NCBI GenBank assembly: GCA_963707025.1
Contig: CAVPOM010000016.1
Span: 96,001 to 160,000 of the forward strand
DNA: 64,000 bases
Direction of reading: 5' to 3'
DNA from: an uncultured Verrucomicrobiae bacterium
Lineage (GTDB): Bacteria > Verrucomicrobiota > Verrucomicrobiia > Limisphaerales > Palsa-1400
Shown: piece after piece, positions 1 to 11,278 of the stretch
Layout: each line of letters starts with the position of its first letter
Position numbering within the stretch: the first letter of the stretch is position 1
Translations under genes and position numbers: made by a program
Notes under the pieces: model-generated
The model's database searches: none
What the model was told of the DNA's origin: nothing
What the model saw: only the letters and a program-made list of their open reading frames with translations

Positions 1-3000
1 GGTGCAACCGGCGGGGCGTTTGCGCCAGGCGGACGTTGGGTTGTCGCCCCGGGACCTTTGCTATGTCATCTACACGTCGGGCACCACCGGCCGGCCCAAG
101 GGCGTGGAAATCGAGCATCGCAGCGCCTGCCATTTCGTGCGCGCCGAAGGGCGGATTTTCCAGGTGCGCCCGGAGGACCGCGTTTACCACGGATTCTCCA
201 TCGCCTTTGACGCGTCGGTGGAGGAGGTCTGGCTGGCGTTTTTCGCGGGAGCGGCGCTGGTGGTGGCCACGGCGGAAATGGCGCGGGCCGGCCGGGGCTG
301 GCGCCGCTGCTCACCGCCGCCGACGTGACAGTGCTCTCCTGCGTGCCCACCTTGCTGGCGATGATGGAGGAGGACGTGCCTTCCTTGCGGCTTTTGATTT
401 TCGGCGGCGAAGTTTGTCCGCCCGACCTGGTCAAACGCTGGTGGAAGCCGCCGCGCCGCGTGGTCAACACTTACGGCCCGACCGAAGCCACCGTCGTGGC
501 CACCCTGGCCGAATGCCGTCCCGGCCAGCCGGTCACCATTGGCCGTCCCCTGCCCCATGTTTTTGCCTGCATCCTCGACGATCAACTGCAACCGGCGGCG
601 CCGGGCGCGGCGGGCGAGTTGTGCCTGGGCGGCATCGGCCTGGCGCGCGGCTACCTGGGGCGGCCGGAATTGACGGCGGAAAAATTTATTGACTGGGCGC
701 CCGACGGGGAATCTCCCCGCCGCCTTTATCGCACGGGCGACCTGGCGCGCCGGACCCCCGGAGGCGACCTTGAATTTATCGGGCGCGCGGACGCGCAGGT
801 GAAGATCCGCGGCTACCGCGTCGAGCTTTCCGAAATCGAGTGCGTGCTGCTGGAATGTCCCGGCGTGCAAGCGGCGGCGGCGGCCCTGCGCGAGGACGCG
901 CCAGGCCTGGCGCAATTGACCGGCTACATCGTGCCGCGGGCCGGGACGGCGCCCGACCTGGAAAGCGTCCGCGCCGCGCTGCGCTCGCGCCTTCCGGCCT
1001 ACATGGTTCCCGCGCTGCTGGAGATTCTGGATGAGCTGCCCGTCCTGCCCAGCGGCAAGGTGGACCGCCGGAAACTGCCCGCGCCGCGGGCGCGCCCGGC
1101 CGAAGGCAGGCGCGGCCCGGTCCCGCCGCGCACGGCGCTGGAGCGGCAAATCGCGGCGGTGTGGGAAAAATTATTCGCGCCCGCGCCCGTGTCGGTGCGG
1201 GACGATTTTTTTCTCGAGCTGGGCGGCCATTCGCTGCTGGCGGCGCGGCTGGTTTCCGAACTGCGCCGCCAGGCGCCGCTGCAACAGCTTTCCATGCTGG
1301 ACGTTTACCAGCATCCCACCATTGAGAAACTGGCGGACGCCGTTCGGGCAACGGCGGCGCGCGGCCGAACCGGCCGGGGCGGCGGAAGAATTTCAGCCCG
1401 TCCCGTTCTGGCGGCACTTTCTTTGCGGGGCGGCGCAGTTGGGCAGCCTGGTGTTCGTCCTCGGTTTTTTTGCCCTGCAATGGCTCACGCCCTATCTGAC
1501 CTACACGCTGATGATGGACGCGGGCACGGAGGAGCAGCCGCTGTTCAGCACCACCGAGGCGATCCTCGGGGCCTTCGCCAGCTTGATGGTGTTTTATCCG
1601 GTGATGCTGCTGGTGCCGATTGCGCTCAAGTGGATTTTAATCGGCCGCTATCAGCCGGGCGCTTACCCGCTCTGGGGCTGGTTCTATTTCCGCTGGTGGC
1701 TGGCCACGACGGTGGAGGCGGCCGTGCCCTTGGCCTACCTGACCGGGACGCCGCTCTTCAACATCTATCTGCGGTTGATGGGCGCCAAGATCGGGAGGAA
1801 CGCGCATCTGGATGGCGACGCCTTCGCCATCTATGACCTGCTGGCCATCGGCGAGGATTCGAGCATCAACGCCGATGCCAGTCTGCCGGGCTACACGGTG
1901 GAAAACGGCTGGTTGAAAATCGGGCGCATCACCATTGGCCGGCGCTGTTTCGTCGGCGCCCGGGCGGCGCTGCGCCCCGACACCGTGATGGAGGATGATT
2001 CCGCCTTGGAGGATCTGTCGCTGCTGCCGCGCGGCGGCGCCATCCCGCGCGGCCAGACCTGGCTCGGTTCGCCCGCCCGGCCAACCCAGGCCGGCGCCCC
2101 CGCCGCCGCCTCCCGCCCGGGCGCGGGCCGCCGCCTGGCTTTCGGATTTTTGCATGGCCTGGGCGCGCTCCTGTTTCCGGCGCTGGTGGTGGCGGCGCTT
2201 TTTCCCGGCATTGTCGCGATGAACGAATTAAACTATCTGGACGAGTATTACTGGTATTTGTCCGTGGCCCCCCTGGCCGGCTTGTCCTTCCTCGTCCTGC
2301 TCTCCCTGGAAATCGTGGCGGTGAAATGGCTGCTCCTGGGCAGGGTCAAGGAGGGCGTTCACCGCGTCCACACCCTGGCCTACTTGCGCCGCTGGTTTTT
2401 CAACCAAACCATGGACCTGAGCCTGGACATTCTCGGCCCGCTCTATGCCTCGATCTTTCTCGCGCCCTGGTATAAAATGCTCGGCGTCAAAGTGGGCGAC
2501 GGCGCCGAGGTCTCCACCGCCTCCTTCATCTCCCCGGATCTGCTCTCCATTGGCGAGGGCAGCTTCATCGCCGACAGTGTTTCGCTGGGGGCGCCGCGCG
2601 TGCGCAACGGCCTGGTCGCCACCGGCAAAAATCACGTCGGCAAACGCTCCTTCATCGGCAACAGCGCCCTGTTGCCGCCGGGCGCGGTCATCGGCGACAA
2701 TGTGCTCATCGGCTGTCTTTCCGTGCCGCCGGCCCATCCGGCGGAGGCCGTGCGCGAGGACAGCGCCTGGCTCGGTTCGCCCGCCCTGTTTCTTCCGCAA
2801 CGGCAAAAGAGCGCCGGTTTCTCCGACGAAACCACCTTTCATCCCGGTTGGAAACTGCGCGCGCAACGGGCGGGCATTGAATTCTTCCGCGTGCTCACCC
2901 CATCCACCAGCTTCATTGTCCTCATCAGCCTGCTGTTCTCCGCGCTGCTGCTGCTCAAGGATTATTTCGGCGAGGCCGGGGACCAGCCTCTGCTCCGTTC

Positions 3001-3598
3001 CTGCTTCAGCGACGCGCAACTGATCTGGTTCAGCGGGCATGTCACGCTCATGTCGCTCTGCTGCTTCCCCTTTCTCTACCTCGCCTGCGGTCTGGCGGCA
3101 ACCCTCGTCACCCTGGCGGCCAAGTGGATTCTGGTCGGGCGCTATCGGCCGGGCGAGAAACCGCTGTGGAGCACGGCCGTCTGGCGCAACGAACTGATCA
3201 ACGCCCTGCACGAACACCTGGCCGAGCCGTTCCTCGTCGGCGCCCTCACCGGCACGCCCTTTCTCTGCTGGTACTTCCGCCTGCTCGGCGCCAAAATCGG
3301 CCGCCGCGTTTATATGGAAACGACCGACTTGAGCGAATTCGACCTCGCCACCATCGGCGATGAGGCGGCGCTCAACGCCGACTGCACCATTCAGACCCAC
3401 CTCTTTGAAGACCGGGTCATGAAGATGTCCAATATAATTATCGGCACCCGCGCCAGCGTCGGCGCCGGCTCCCTCGTCCTCTACGACACCGCCCTGGGCC
3501 AAGGCGCCGCCCTGGGCGACCTGTCCCTCCTGATGAAGGGAGAAACCCTGCCGGCCTGCAGCCGGTGGGAAGGAATACCGGCCCAGCCGGCCGAGTGA
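1..3598 (+). CDS. Pls/PosA-like single-module membrane NRPS (A-T-terminal TM/hexapeptide domain); 5' end outside window, two frameshifts
   Basis: A-domain cores YTSGTTGRPKG, FDASVEE, NTYGPTE, GELCLGG.GLARGY, LYRTGD, QVKIRGYRVE, SGKVDR; T-domain FFLELGGHSL; C-terminal ~700 aa of alternating TM helices and LGAKIG hexapeptide blocks ending WEGIPA. Split over ORFs 2..328, 325..1836 and 1031..3598 by 1-nt shifts near 292 and ~1360. Confidence 0.9.
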
Positions 3599-3639
3599 TC
3601 GCAGACGCATCCAAATGGACGGTGGAATTTGATGCGCGG

Positions 3640-3988
3640 CACGCCTGCCGCTGCCAGCCGAATCCGTATATGGAATAAGGGGGAGTAGAGTTGCAGCGGC
3701 AACTAGAACAATTATCATTACAAAAACAAGGGCAAGAAATCCGAAAAAAAGCGCGATTAGATCGGTGTTGAGCGGTTTCCTAAGCGCGTAGACCGAGAGC
3801 AAGACGATTGGAACCGGAATAACCAAAAATACACTCCAACTGTCGAGGACGAGCTTAGTTTAAGCGGGAAGTGCATGGCCGTGGAAATGATCAGTGAGGA
3901 TGCATGAAGTGAGGGCTAAAAGCAGCCATATTCCGATATAGCCTATCGCAAAAGTAGCCGTAAAAAGAATAAGCGATGCCTTTTGCAT
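3640..3988 (-). pseudogene. AT-rich small membrane-protein remnant with in-frame TAA
   Basis: ATG at 3988 reads MQKASLILFTATFAIGYIGIWLLLALTSCIL...ALPA*TKLVLDSWSVFLVIPVPIVLL...FFGFLALVFVMIIVLVAAATLL; TAA at 3860-3862 is in frame; three hydrophobic segments; no own downstream stop. Left boundary approximate. Confidence 0.45.
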
Positions 3989-4023
3989 ATCATTTGGGCT
4001 TCGCAAGTTCAGTTGCTGGCATC

Positions 4024-4275
4024 TCAACTTGTTGATTGCCTGCCTTCGTCCAGATAAGGCGGCAACTCCAAACCCTTCAACCGTTTAAAATGTTCTACCA
4101 GGGACAAACGCCGTCGCGGGCTTTTACCCAGACGGGCACGCAAGGCCGGCAGACCGAGCTTGAGGGACTGGCGGATCACGTCGGCTTGACTGAGTTCGGT
4201 CTCCGCAGCCGTGACGGCAAGGTCCCGGGACAGGGCCGGAGAACCAGGCACGGGAATGGTGTTAAAGCGTTTCAC
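4024..4275 (-). CDS. Ribbon-helix-helix (CopG-like) antitoxin-type protein
   Basis: GTG at 4275 preceded by TTGCCA-N16-TATGAT; NTIPVPGSPALSRDLAVTAAETELSQADVIRQSLKLG fits the RHH strand-helix-helix pattern. Confidence 0.6.
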   Translation of the reverse strand: MKRFNTIPVPGSPALSRDLAVTAAETELSQADVIRQSLKLGLPALRARLGKSPRRRLSLVEHFKRLKGLELPPYLDEGRQSTS

Positions 4276-4346
4276 AGAGAAATCATAACCGACTCCGCCG
4301 ACATGGCAAGCCGGCCTTCTCGTGTCAACGGCACTGCTCCGTTTAA

Positions 4347-5298
4347 CTAATACCCCGTCGTCTCCTTCCAACTGGCGTCGGGGTCGTAGGTGGTCATGGC
4401 CTGGGCGAGGCGCGCGGTTTTTGGCCCCAGATTTTTCTCATAGACCTTTCCCTGCTGGTTGACGATAAAGGTCATCACGCCGGAGTTGCCCCATTCCGCC
4501 GGCCAGGCCACCAGGGCGAAACCGGCCAGCAGGTGGCCGTTAATGAGGTAGTTGTATTTGCCGGCGGGCGCATGAGAGCCCTGCCGGGTCAAAACCTTGA
4601 AACAATAACCGCGGTAAGGGAGCCAGATTATCCCCCATGATTTTGGTCGCGTGGCGATAGCCTTCGTCGTGCGATTGCGCGATCAACGGGCCGAAAGGAC
4701 TGGCTTCCTCCCCCGGTTCGGTGTGCCAGTAAAGACCGTCATGGGTGTTGGTGGTGCTGCGCAAATGGCGGGCGTACTCGAGCACCTCGCCGCCGTTGCG
4801 CGGTTGGCTGGCGTATTCGCGCTGCGCCTCCACATAGGCGCGGCAAACGCGGATGGCGCCCAGCTCGTTCATGCCAATCCGGCGGTTGAGAATTTCCTCC
4901 CGCCCGGCCGCCGTGTCGAAAAACCACTGTCCCTTGTCCTGCACCAATGGGATGGGAAACGGCCAGGCATCCAACCCAATGCGCAGCTCTATTTTCGTGT
5001 CGGACTGGCGCGCCAATTCCACCTTTTCGCCCAGCCGGCGCGCGAAATTGGAATAGGCGTTGCTGGCCTGCACCACATCCGGCGAAACCAGTTGGCGCGA
5101 TTCCGGCCCAAAAATCGCATGCAGGGCATTGGTGTCTCTGGACTGCGCCGCCGCCGCCAGCGCCGCCTCGGCCGCCTCGGGCGAGGCAAACCGTTCTTCG
5201 CCGTCACGGGCCAGGACGGACCGGGGCGCCAAGGACAACCCAGCCAACCCCAACGCGATCAGCCCAAAACGGCCGGCGGATTTTAATTTCTCGATCAT
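4347..5298 (-). CDS. DUF2950 family protein (frameshift ~4616)
   Basis: Signal peptide; WPFPIPLV, GREEILNRRIGMNEL, YVEAQREYA, DGLYW, SPFGPL; removing one T in CCCTTAC restores PYRGYCFKVLTRQG...GFALVAWPAEWGNSGVMTF. Confidence 0.85.
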
Positions 5299-5343
5299 GG
5301 TCTGCTTCTCTTCTTTCTCCATGCGATTGGCGGCGATTTCCGT

Positions 5344-6563
5344 TCACCGCCCGCGGGACGGGGCAGACGGCGCCGGCGACGGGCGCGACGGCGCGGGGGC
5401 GGGGGCTGACGGGGCTGACCGCACCGGCGCTGAAGGCGCGGGGGCCGGCGCGGACATCGTGCTGCGGCTTTCCACGCCGCGCACGCTGGATTGGCGCGCC
5501 GCAGCGGCACTTTCCGAACCGCCGAAGGCCCCGCCGCCATACGTGCTGCCGCCGGATGGGGCGCGCACCTCGGGCGCTGGACGTGAGACGGTCGGAGGAG
5601 GACTCATGGTGATGGCAGGTCTCTGCGCCGTGGGCGGTGTCGCGCCGCCACGGACCTCACTCGAAAATCCCGGCACCGTCCCAGGACGGCTTTCCCTCGC
5701 CGCAGTCGCGTTGCGGTTGGCACCCATCGGCGCGGGCGCCGGGGACGCCACCCGGGCCGGGCGAAATGTATCCGCAGACCATCCCCGATCCACGCTGCGC
5801 CCGGCGACCGCGGTGGGTCGGGCGGGCCCGTGCCAGATGCCAACGCCGCGCGGCGCCACCCGACTACGCGGTGGCTGACTCCACCAATTGACCGGCCGCA
5901 CATGTCCCGGCCCCCAGGTGATGACATGGTGATTGCGCCAGTCCCAATCGTGCCTCAACCATATCCCGATGGGAAACCCCACTCCGAAAGAGCAATAGAC
6001 CCCGGGATCATAATAGATGGTGTCCCACGGATAAGTGGGCACGTAGATCTCATTAGGATTGGCCGGCTCAATCTCCACCATGCCATCGTCGGCCACCACA
6101 TTTTCCTGCGGCGTGCTTTGCAAATTGCCCTCGCCCTGCGCCAGCAAGCGGAGCCGCTGGATGCTGGCCATGACGTCCTGCTGCTGATTGAGAAAGGCCT
6201 GGCCGACCTCGGTGGTCCAGGCCAGATTATCGTCCAGCCACTTCAGCACGGTCGGGTAATGGGCCAGCGCCTGGACGCTGGGATCCCACGGCTGCACCGC
6301 GATCTGGCTCAGATCACCCCCGCCGTTGACGTAGCGGTCCGCCACGACAATTTGCGCCGGCACGGCGGCGGCCGTGAAGATCTCGGCCAGCAACGGGTCG
6401 GGATAGAGCGCAATGGGCCGCAGCAATTGGTCCAGCGCGTCGCCTGAGAACGGCGCCGCCGCCGCCACGTCCACCGGCGCGGCCGCATCCTGGGCGCCGG
6501 CCGCGATGCCGCGCAGAAAAAAATGACTGCCGCCGCCTGACAAATTGAGCTTAGCTTCGTCAT
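5344..6563 (-). CDS. DUF3300 domain protein with Pro/Ala/Arg-rich tail (probable frameshift in signal peptide ~6500-6523)
   Basis: LDQLLRPIALYPDPLLAEIF, WDPSVQAL..YPTVL, WTTEVGQAFLNQQQDVM, IEPANP..IYVP; adjacent to DUF2950 as usual; MTKLSSICQAAAVIFF lies in another frame next to an A7 run. Confidence 0.85.
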
Positions 6564-6598
6564 AAAATCCACCATTTCACATTGTTGACTAATAGACG

Positions 6599-6793
6599 AT
6601 GGATCGGTCGGAACTATTCAGCATCATTGGGCCGCCAAAGGCAAGGCGAAAAGCAGGGTGTTGTTGACTCTCCCGAAAATTGGAGGCCTTCTTGCAGCGG
6701 CATCCCCGGTTTTTCACCTGGCTGACGATTGGCCTGGCTGTCCTCGTCGTCGGCGTGCTGGTCGTGGTCAACCTGACCGGCGGGGGTCCTTGA
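6599..6793 (+). other. Small single-TM ORF, possibly interrupted by an in-frame TGA
   Basis: ATG 6599 MDRSELFSIIGPPKARRKAGCC*(TGA 6665-6667)LSRKLEAFLQRHPRFFTWLTIGLAVLVVGVLVVVNLTGGGP*; alternative TTG start at 6680 gives 37 aa. Confidence 0.4.
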
Positions 6794-6796
6794 GAA

Positions 6797-6872
6797 TGGT
6801 GGGCTGGCAGGGACTCGAACCCTGGACCAATGCCTTAAAAGGGCACTGCTCTACCAACTGAGCTACCAGCCC
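6797..6872 (-). tRNA. tRNA-Lys (anticodon UUU)
   Basis: Reverse complement folds as GGGCTGG-TA-GCTC AGTTGGTA GAGC-A-GTGCC CTTTTAA GGCAT-TGGTC-CAGGG TTCGAGT CCCTG-CCAGCCC-A-CCA; 76 nt with encoded CCA. Confidence 0.98.
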
Positions 6873-6993
6873 ACCCGGACAGCGGCGGCGCACAATAGCG
6901 AGCATTCGCCCCGCGCGCAAGTGCTTCTTTGCCGCCCCAATGTTGTGCTCCAGCACTTTTGTCCTTCGGATGGGCCGTTGGCCGCGATCCTTT

Positions 6994-9900
6994 CTATTGC
7001 AGTCGCAGAATGTAAAAGCGTTGCGCAAGCCTTGGGTCAACGGCGTTGGTGGCGGTCATGGTGAAGTTGCCTCCGGCGTTCAGGCATTGGACGGCCATGG
7101 GCGTCCACTGGCTCAACGGCTGCGCCAGGTTGGTGCTCATCAGCACGCAATAAGTTCCGCCCAATTGCCCGCCGGTGGCGTTGAGCGCCAGGTCCATTCC
7201 CGAAACCGTCGGGCAAAACGCCATGTCCGTTATGCAGGGCGGCGGGCGGTTCGCCAACACGACGCTGACGTTGTCCAAGCCGAAATACAGCGATGCTTCA
7301 AACGCAATTTGCAGCGCCGCGCTGGTTCCGCCGGCGGTGACGGCCACTTGCACATTTGTCCAGCCCGGGGCGGCGAAGTTCGTCACTCCCCAGACCGTAT
7401 GGCCGTCCCATGAAACCAGCAATTGGTTGACACTGTTTCCCACCGGATTGTTCAGCCAGAAGGACAGCAGGTAATCGGCGCCCGGCGTCGTGGCCAGGGT
7501 CTGGGAAAGAGTGGTGAGAAACCCAAACGTCCCGGCCAGCATCGCGCCGTAATTCCCCGAGTGAACAAATTGGGGGGCGCTGTACACGCCGGCGTAACTC
7601 ATCATGCCGCCGCTGGTCCACGCCGTGAAATCCCCCGTTTCAAAGTCGCCGTTCCACACCAAACCCGAACAGGTCCCCGCCACGCAAATGGCCGCCGGGC
7701 CGGCGCACTCCACCATCACGCCAAGATTGTTGCTGGCGACGAGACCCGGCAAAAAATTTCCGGCGTTCGTATAAAAATGCAGAGGGTTTCGCCCGGTCCC
7801 AACGGAACCGTCGCCGAAATCCCAACTCCAGGAAACCATCCTGTTCCCGCTGCTGTCCAGGTCAGGGCAAACAAATTGGACCGTCAAGGGCGCGCCGCCG
7901 GTGGCCGGATTGGCCGTGAATTCCGCCGTGGGCAACGCCACCGCAATCTGCGGTCCGAAACCAACCACCATGCCGCCCTGGTTGTTGCTCGCCACCAGGC
8001 TCGGCGCGAAGACCCCGCCCGTGACATACGTGTAAACCGGATTTCGCTGCGCGCTGGAGGAGCCGTCGCCGAAACTCCAGTTCCAATTGGTCAGCGGCGC
8101 GCCAAGGCCGTCGGTTCCAGGTCCGGCAAATGCCACCGTCACCGGCGCCATGCCGTTGGTCGGACTCGCCGTGAACAGGACCGGAGGAGCCGCCGTCAAC
8201 AGGCTGAACGTGAACAAGGCCCCGTCCCCGTTGCTTCCGCCATCATAGGCGGCCCCATAAACTGTGTCCCCGGACAACACCATCCCGGCCTGCGGATTGG
8301 CCCCGTCCAGGTTCGTGCCCGAAACCAGCGCCGTAAAGGCGCAAAGATTGGCGAAGCCCGTCCCGTTGGTGCCAATGCTGAAGATCGTGCCGCCTCCCCC
8401 GGAACCGCCCTTCGAGGCCGTCCCATACAGTGTCGCCCCGCATAAAGTCAGCCCGGCGGCTGGCGCCGCCCCGTCACTGTTGAGGTAATTCCCGCTGGCA
8501 GGATCATAGGAGGCGACGGCAAATTGATGCAGCGTGCTGAAGCCGCTGCCGTCAGTATTGACCTTGAACACCGTGCCCCCGCCCGCGGCGCTGCCCGTGA
8601 ACGTCGTCCCATAGAGGACGCCCCCGGCGAACAGCAACTCCCCACTTGGGCTGGAGCCGTCAATGTTGTTGGTGAAACCGTGCAAGACGGTGAAGCCCGA
8701 GCCGTTGGTATTGAGCTTGAAAACGGTGCCGCCGCCCATGGCGCCGCCTTGCGAGGCCGTTCCATAAAGAGTGTCCCCGGCCAGGATCATCGCCGCCACC
8801 GGATAAGCCCCCTCGCCGTTGGTCATGTTCCCGCTGACAGGGTCCCAGACGCTGGCGGCAAAGTTGTGAATCTGAATGAAACCCGAACCGTCGCTGTTCA
8901 TCTGGAAGATCGTTCCAGTGCCAGCGGAGCCTCCCTCCTCGGTCGTCCCGTAGAGCGTATTGCCGGCCAACACCACTCCGTTGGGCATGCCGCCATCAGC
9001 TCCATTGGTGAACCGGTGCAGCGCGGTGAAACCCGACCCGTTGGTGTTGAGCTTGAACACCGTTCCCGACCCGAAGCCGGCGCCGCCTTGGGTGGCCGTT
9101 CCGTAAAGCGTGTCGCCCGACAACACCAGTCGCGACCGGGGGTCCGCCCCATCGCTGTTGGTGTAATACATTTGCACAATGGCGCTGAACTCATAAAGGT
9201 TGCTGAATCCGGAGCCATCCGTATTCACGGCAAAAATCGTTCCAGACCCGCCGTTGCCACCCCCCGTCATGGCTCCGTAAAGCCGGTTGCCCCCGATCAC
9301 CAGGCCGGCCGCCGGATGCGTCCCGTCCAGGTTGGTGAAACCGCCGCTGGAAGGATCATAGCCCCCGCCTCCGCCGCCGAAAACATGAACCGCGGAGTGG
9401 CCCGCCGAAATCTGCGGCCCATAGGCGATGATGCCCGCTCCTTTCTTATTGGTCACAACCAGCGCCGGGGCAAACACCCCGGCGCTGGCATAGATGTGCG
9501 TCGGATTCTGCGCCGTGCTCGTGGCCCCGTCGCCAAAACTCCAGTTCCAGTTGGTGATGCCGTTCGTCTGGCTGTCCATCCCCGGCCCGCCAAACTGCAC
9601 CGGCAACGGCGCCGGACCATTGCTCGGCACGGCGGTGAAGAAGATCGGCGGCGGCAACACGCCGACCTTCGGCCCATTGGAGCTGATCATCGTGCCCCAG
9701 ACATTGGTCACGGTGAGCTTGGGCGAAAAGGTCTGGATCTTGGTGTAAATATGATTCATTGACACCGGCTGATCCGGACTCCGATCAACAAAGCTCGTGC
9801 CGTCGCCAAAATCCCACTTCCAACTCACGATGGCGTTGTCCGCGCTGTCCACCGCCGGGAAGGTGAAATGAACGGACAGCGGCACGAAGCCATTGGTCGG

Positions 9901-10953
9901 CGTCACGGTGAACTGCACCGTGGGCAGCGACACCGTAATGTTGGAGTCGCCCACGCCCTGCACCGCGGTGCCACTGAGGTTGGTGGCGGTGAGCGTGACC
10001 GAAAACGTTCCGGTGTTGGAAGACGATCCGCCGTTGGTGGACTTTGGGGTGTTGGTGTAGGTGTGCGATATCATTTGTCCTGTGCCGTTCGTGCCATCGC
10101 CGAAGTTCCATGTCCAATTGGTGATCGTGTTGCTCCCGCTGTCCACGCCGGCCGAACTGAAGTGAACCGTCAGCGGCACCAACCCGTTGGTCGTGTCGGC
10201 GGTGAACGCCACCGTCAGATGGTCGGGGACGTATGCCAGAGTGACCGAATTGTTGGCGTTGGCCTCGCCCGTCCCCGACCCCGGGGCCGCCCCGTAGTTC
10301 CATGCGTTCTGCACCGTGACGTTGGTCGTAATCGTCTGGTTCCAGGCTTTGGTGCTGTCCTGCATGGCAAATTGGAAGCACTGCACTTCGTCCATGGCCT
10401 GCACCGTGGACGGCCCGCCCAGCGTTTCGTCCCCATAGTAGCCGTTGGTGGTCAGCGCGAAAAACGCCCCGCCGGACCACTGTCCGAGAACCACCGCCTC
10501 GCAGGTTCCTTTGAATTGGCCCGCGTCTGGCGCATTGCCCATCGTCACACAAGCGTTGGTGGCGTTGAACTGCGGATCGCTCTCGTAAGTCGAGCTCCTG
10601 GGTGTCTCAGTACCGTCCACCCACTCGTCACCCGCCCAGCTTCCGGAGGCTGACTCCGCCGCACTGGAGCTGATCAGGCTGCCCATCATCAGATTGGTCT
10701 CCGTCTGTAACACCACATATTTTGCCTGCCCGGTGATGGCAGCCTGCAGCACCTCATCCGTGTCCCAGCCGCCGATGCTGGCGATCCCCCAACTGTCCGA
10801 CCCGGAGCCGCTGGCCGTCATGGTATAGTTGACGGTGAGCACGCCCACCCGATTCGTCCAGGCGAAGGCGGCGGACGGTGCAAGGCAGAGCGTGGCGAGC
10901 GCCAGCACAGCCAGCCGTCCGGCGATGATGTGGTTTGCTTTCTTTGGTTTCAC
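6994..10953 (-). CDS. Large secreted protein: 5 PKD domains, ~7 GloVer-type repeats, CBM-like jelly roll, C-terminal FY-ending domain
   Basis: Likely GTG start at 10953 with signal peptide ...LAPSAAFA; PKD motifs FTA.PTNG.APLTV.F and W.W.FGDG; repeats GTVFK.NT.GSGF..LH.F; NGDFETGDFTAW domain; ends RFYILRLQ. Confidence 0.85.
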   Translation of the reverse strand: MKPKKANHIIAGRLAVLALATLCLAPSAAFAWTNRVGVLTVNYTMTASGSGSDSWGIASIGGWDTDEVLQAAITGQAKYVVLQTETNLMMGSLISSSAAESASGSWAGDEWVDGTETPRSSTYESDPQFNATNACVTMGNAPDAGQFKGTCEAVVLGQWSGGAFFALTTNGYYGDETLGGPSTVQAMDEVQCFQFAMQDSTKAWNQTITTNVTVQNAWNYGAAPGSGTGEANANNSVTLAYVPDHLTVAFTADTTNGLVPLTVHFSSAGVDSGSNTITNWTWNFGDGTNGTGQMISHTYTNTPKSTNGGSSSNTGTFSVTLTATNLSGTAVQGVGDSNITVSLPTVQFTVTPTNGFVPLSVHFTFPAVDSADNAIVSWKWDFGDGTSFVDRSPDQPVSMNHIYTKIQTFSPKLTVTNVWGTMISSNGPKVGVLPPPIFFTAVPSNGPAPLPVQFGGPGMDSQTNGITNWNWSFGDGATSTAQNPTHIYASAGVFAPALVVTNKKGAGIIAYGPQISAGHSAVHVFGGGGGGYDPSSGGFTNLDGTHPAAGLVIGGNRLYGAMTGGGNGGSGTIFAVNTDGSGFSNLYEFSAIVQMYYTNSDGADPRSRLVLSGDTLYGTATQGGAGFGSGTVFKLNTNGSGFTALHRFTNGADGGMPNGVVLAGNTLYGTTEEGGSAGTGTIFQMNSDGSGFIQIHNFAASVWDPVSGNMTNGEGAYPVAAMILAGDTLYGTASQGGAMGGGTVFKLNTNGSGFTVLHGFTNNIDGSSPSGELLFAGGVLYGTTFTGSAAGGGTVFKVNTDGSGFSTLHQFAVASYDPASGNYLNSDGAAPAAGLTLCGATLYGTASKGGSGGGGTIFSIGTNGTGFANLCAFTALVSGTNLDGANPQAGMVLSGDTVYGAAYDGGSNGDGALFTFSLLTAAPPVLFTASPTNGMAPVTVAFAGPGTDGLGAPLTNWNWSFGDGSSSAQRNPVYTYVTGGVFAPSLVASNNQGGMVVGFGPQIAVALPTAEFTANPATGGAPLTVQFVCPDLDSSGNRMVSWSWDFGDGSVGTGRNPLHFYTNAGNFLPGLVASNNLGVMVECAGPAAICVAGTCSGLVWNGDFETGDFTAWTSGGMMSYAGVYSAPQFVHSGNYGAMLAGTFGFLTTLSQTLATTPGADYLLSFWLNNPVGNSVNQLLVSWDGHTVWGVTNFAAPGWTNVQVAVTAGGTSAALQIAFEASLYFGLDNVSVVLANRPPPCITDMAFCPTVSGMDLALNATGGQLGGTYCVLMSTNLAQPLSQWTPMAVQCLNAGGNFTMTATNAVDPRLAQRFYILRLQ

Positions 10954-11278
10954 ATCGGTCCTCGGTTTGTCGTTGACAGCGGTGCGGAAGCTCCGGCAGT
11001 AATTCGCTCGTCCGGTGGAACAGGTTGACTGGGCTTGGTGAGCAAACAAGGAACGCCAATGAGGATTCGCATTCTACATTTATCCGGGATTTCGAGAAGG
11101 AATTCTCAACTTCTTTTGCTGAAGATTCCCCATCCTTTGCTCCAGCTATACGGGCGGAACAGCCCGCGCCATGACCCCCGGCTTTGGCGGCGCGGCAGCC
11201 CCGCGGATTCGGGGTTTTGTTTCAGCCGGCTCCCCAACAAAAAACTTGCCCCCGGCTTGCGACCCCCTTCTCGCCCCT

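Noticed and set aside
2228..3600. Bulk of the 532-aa minus-strand ORF
   Set aside because: Antisense to the NRPS; only the AT-rich 5' part looks coding.
6797..6872. tRNA-Lys as a prophage or island attachment site
   Set aside because: No integrase and no duplicated 3' end noticed in the window.
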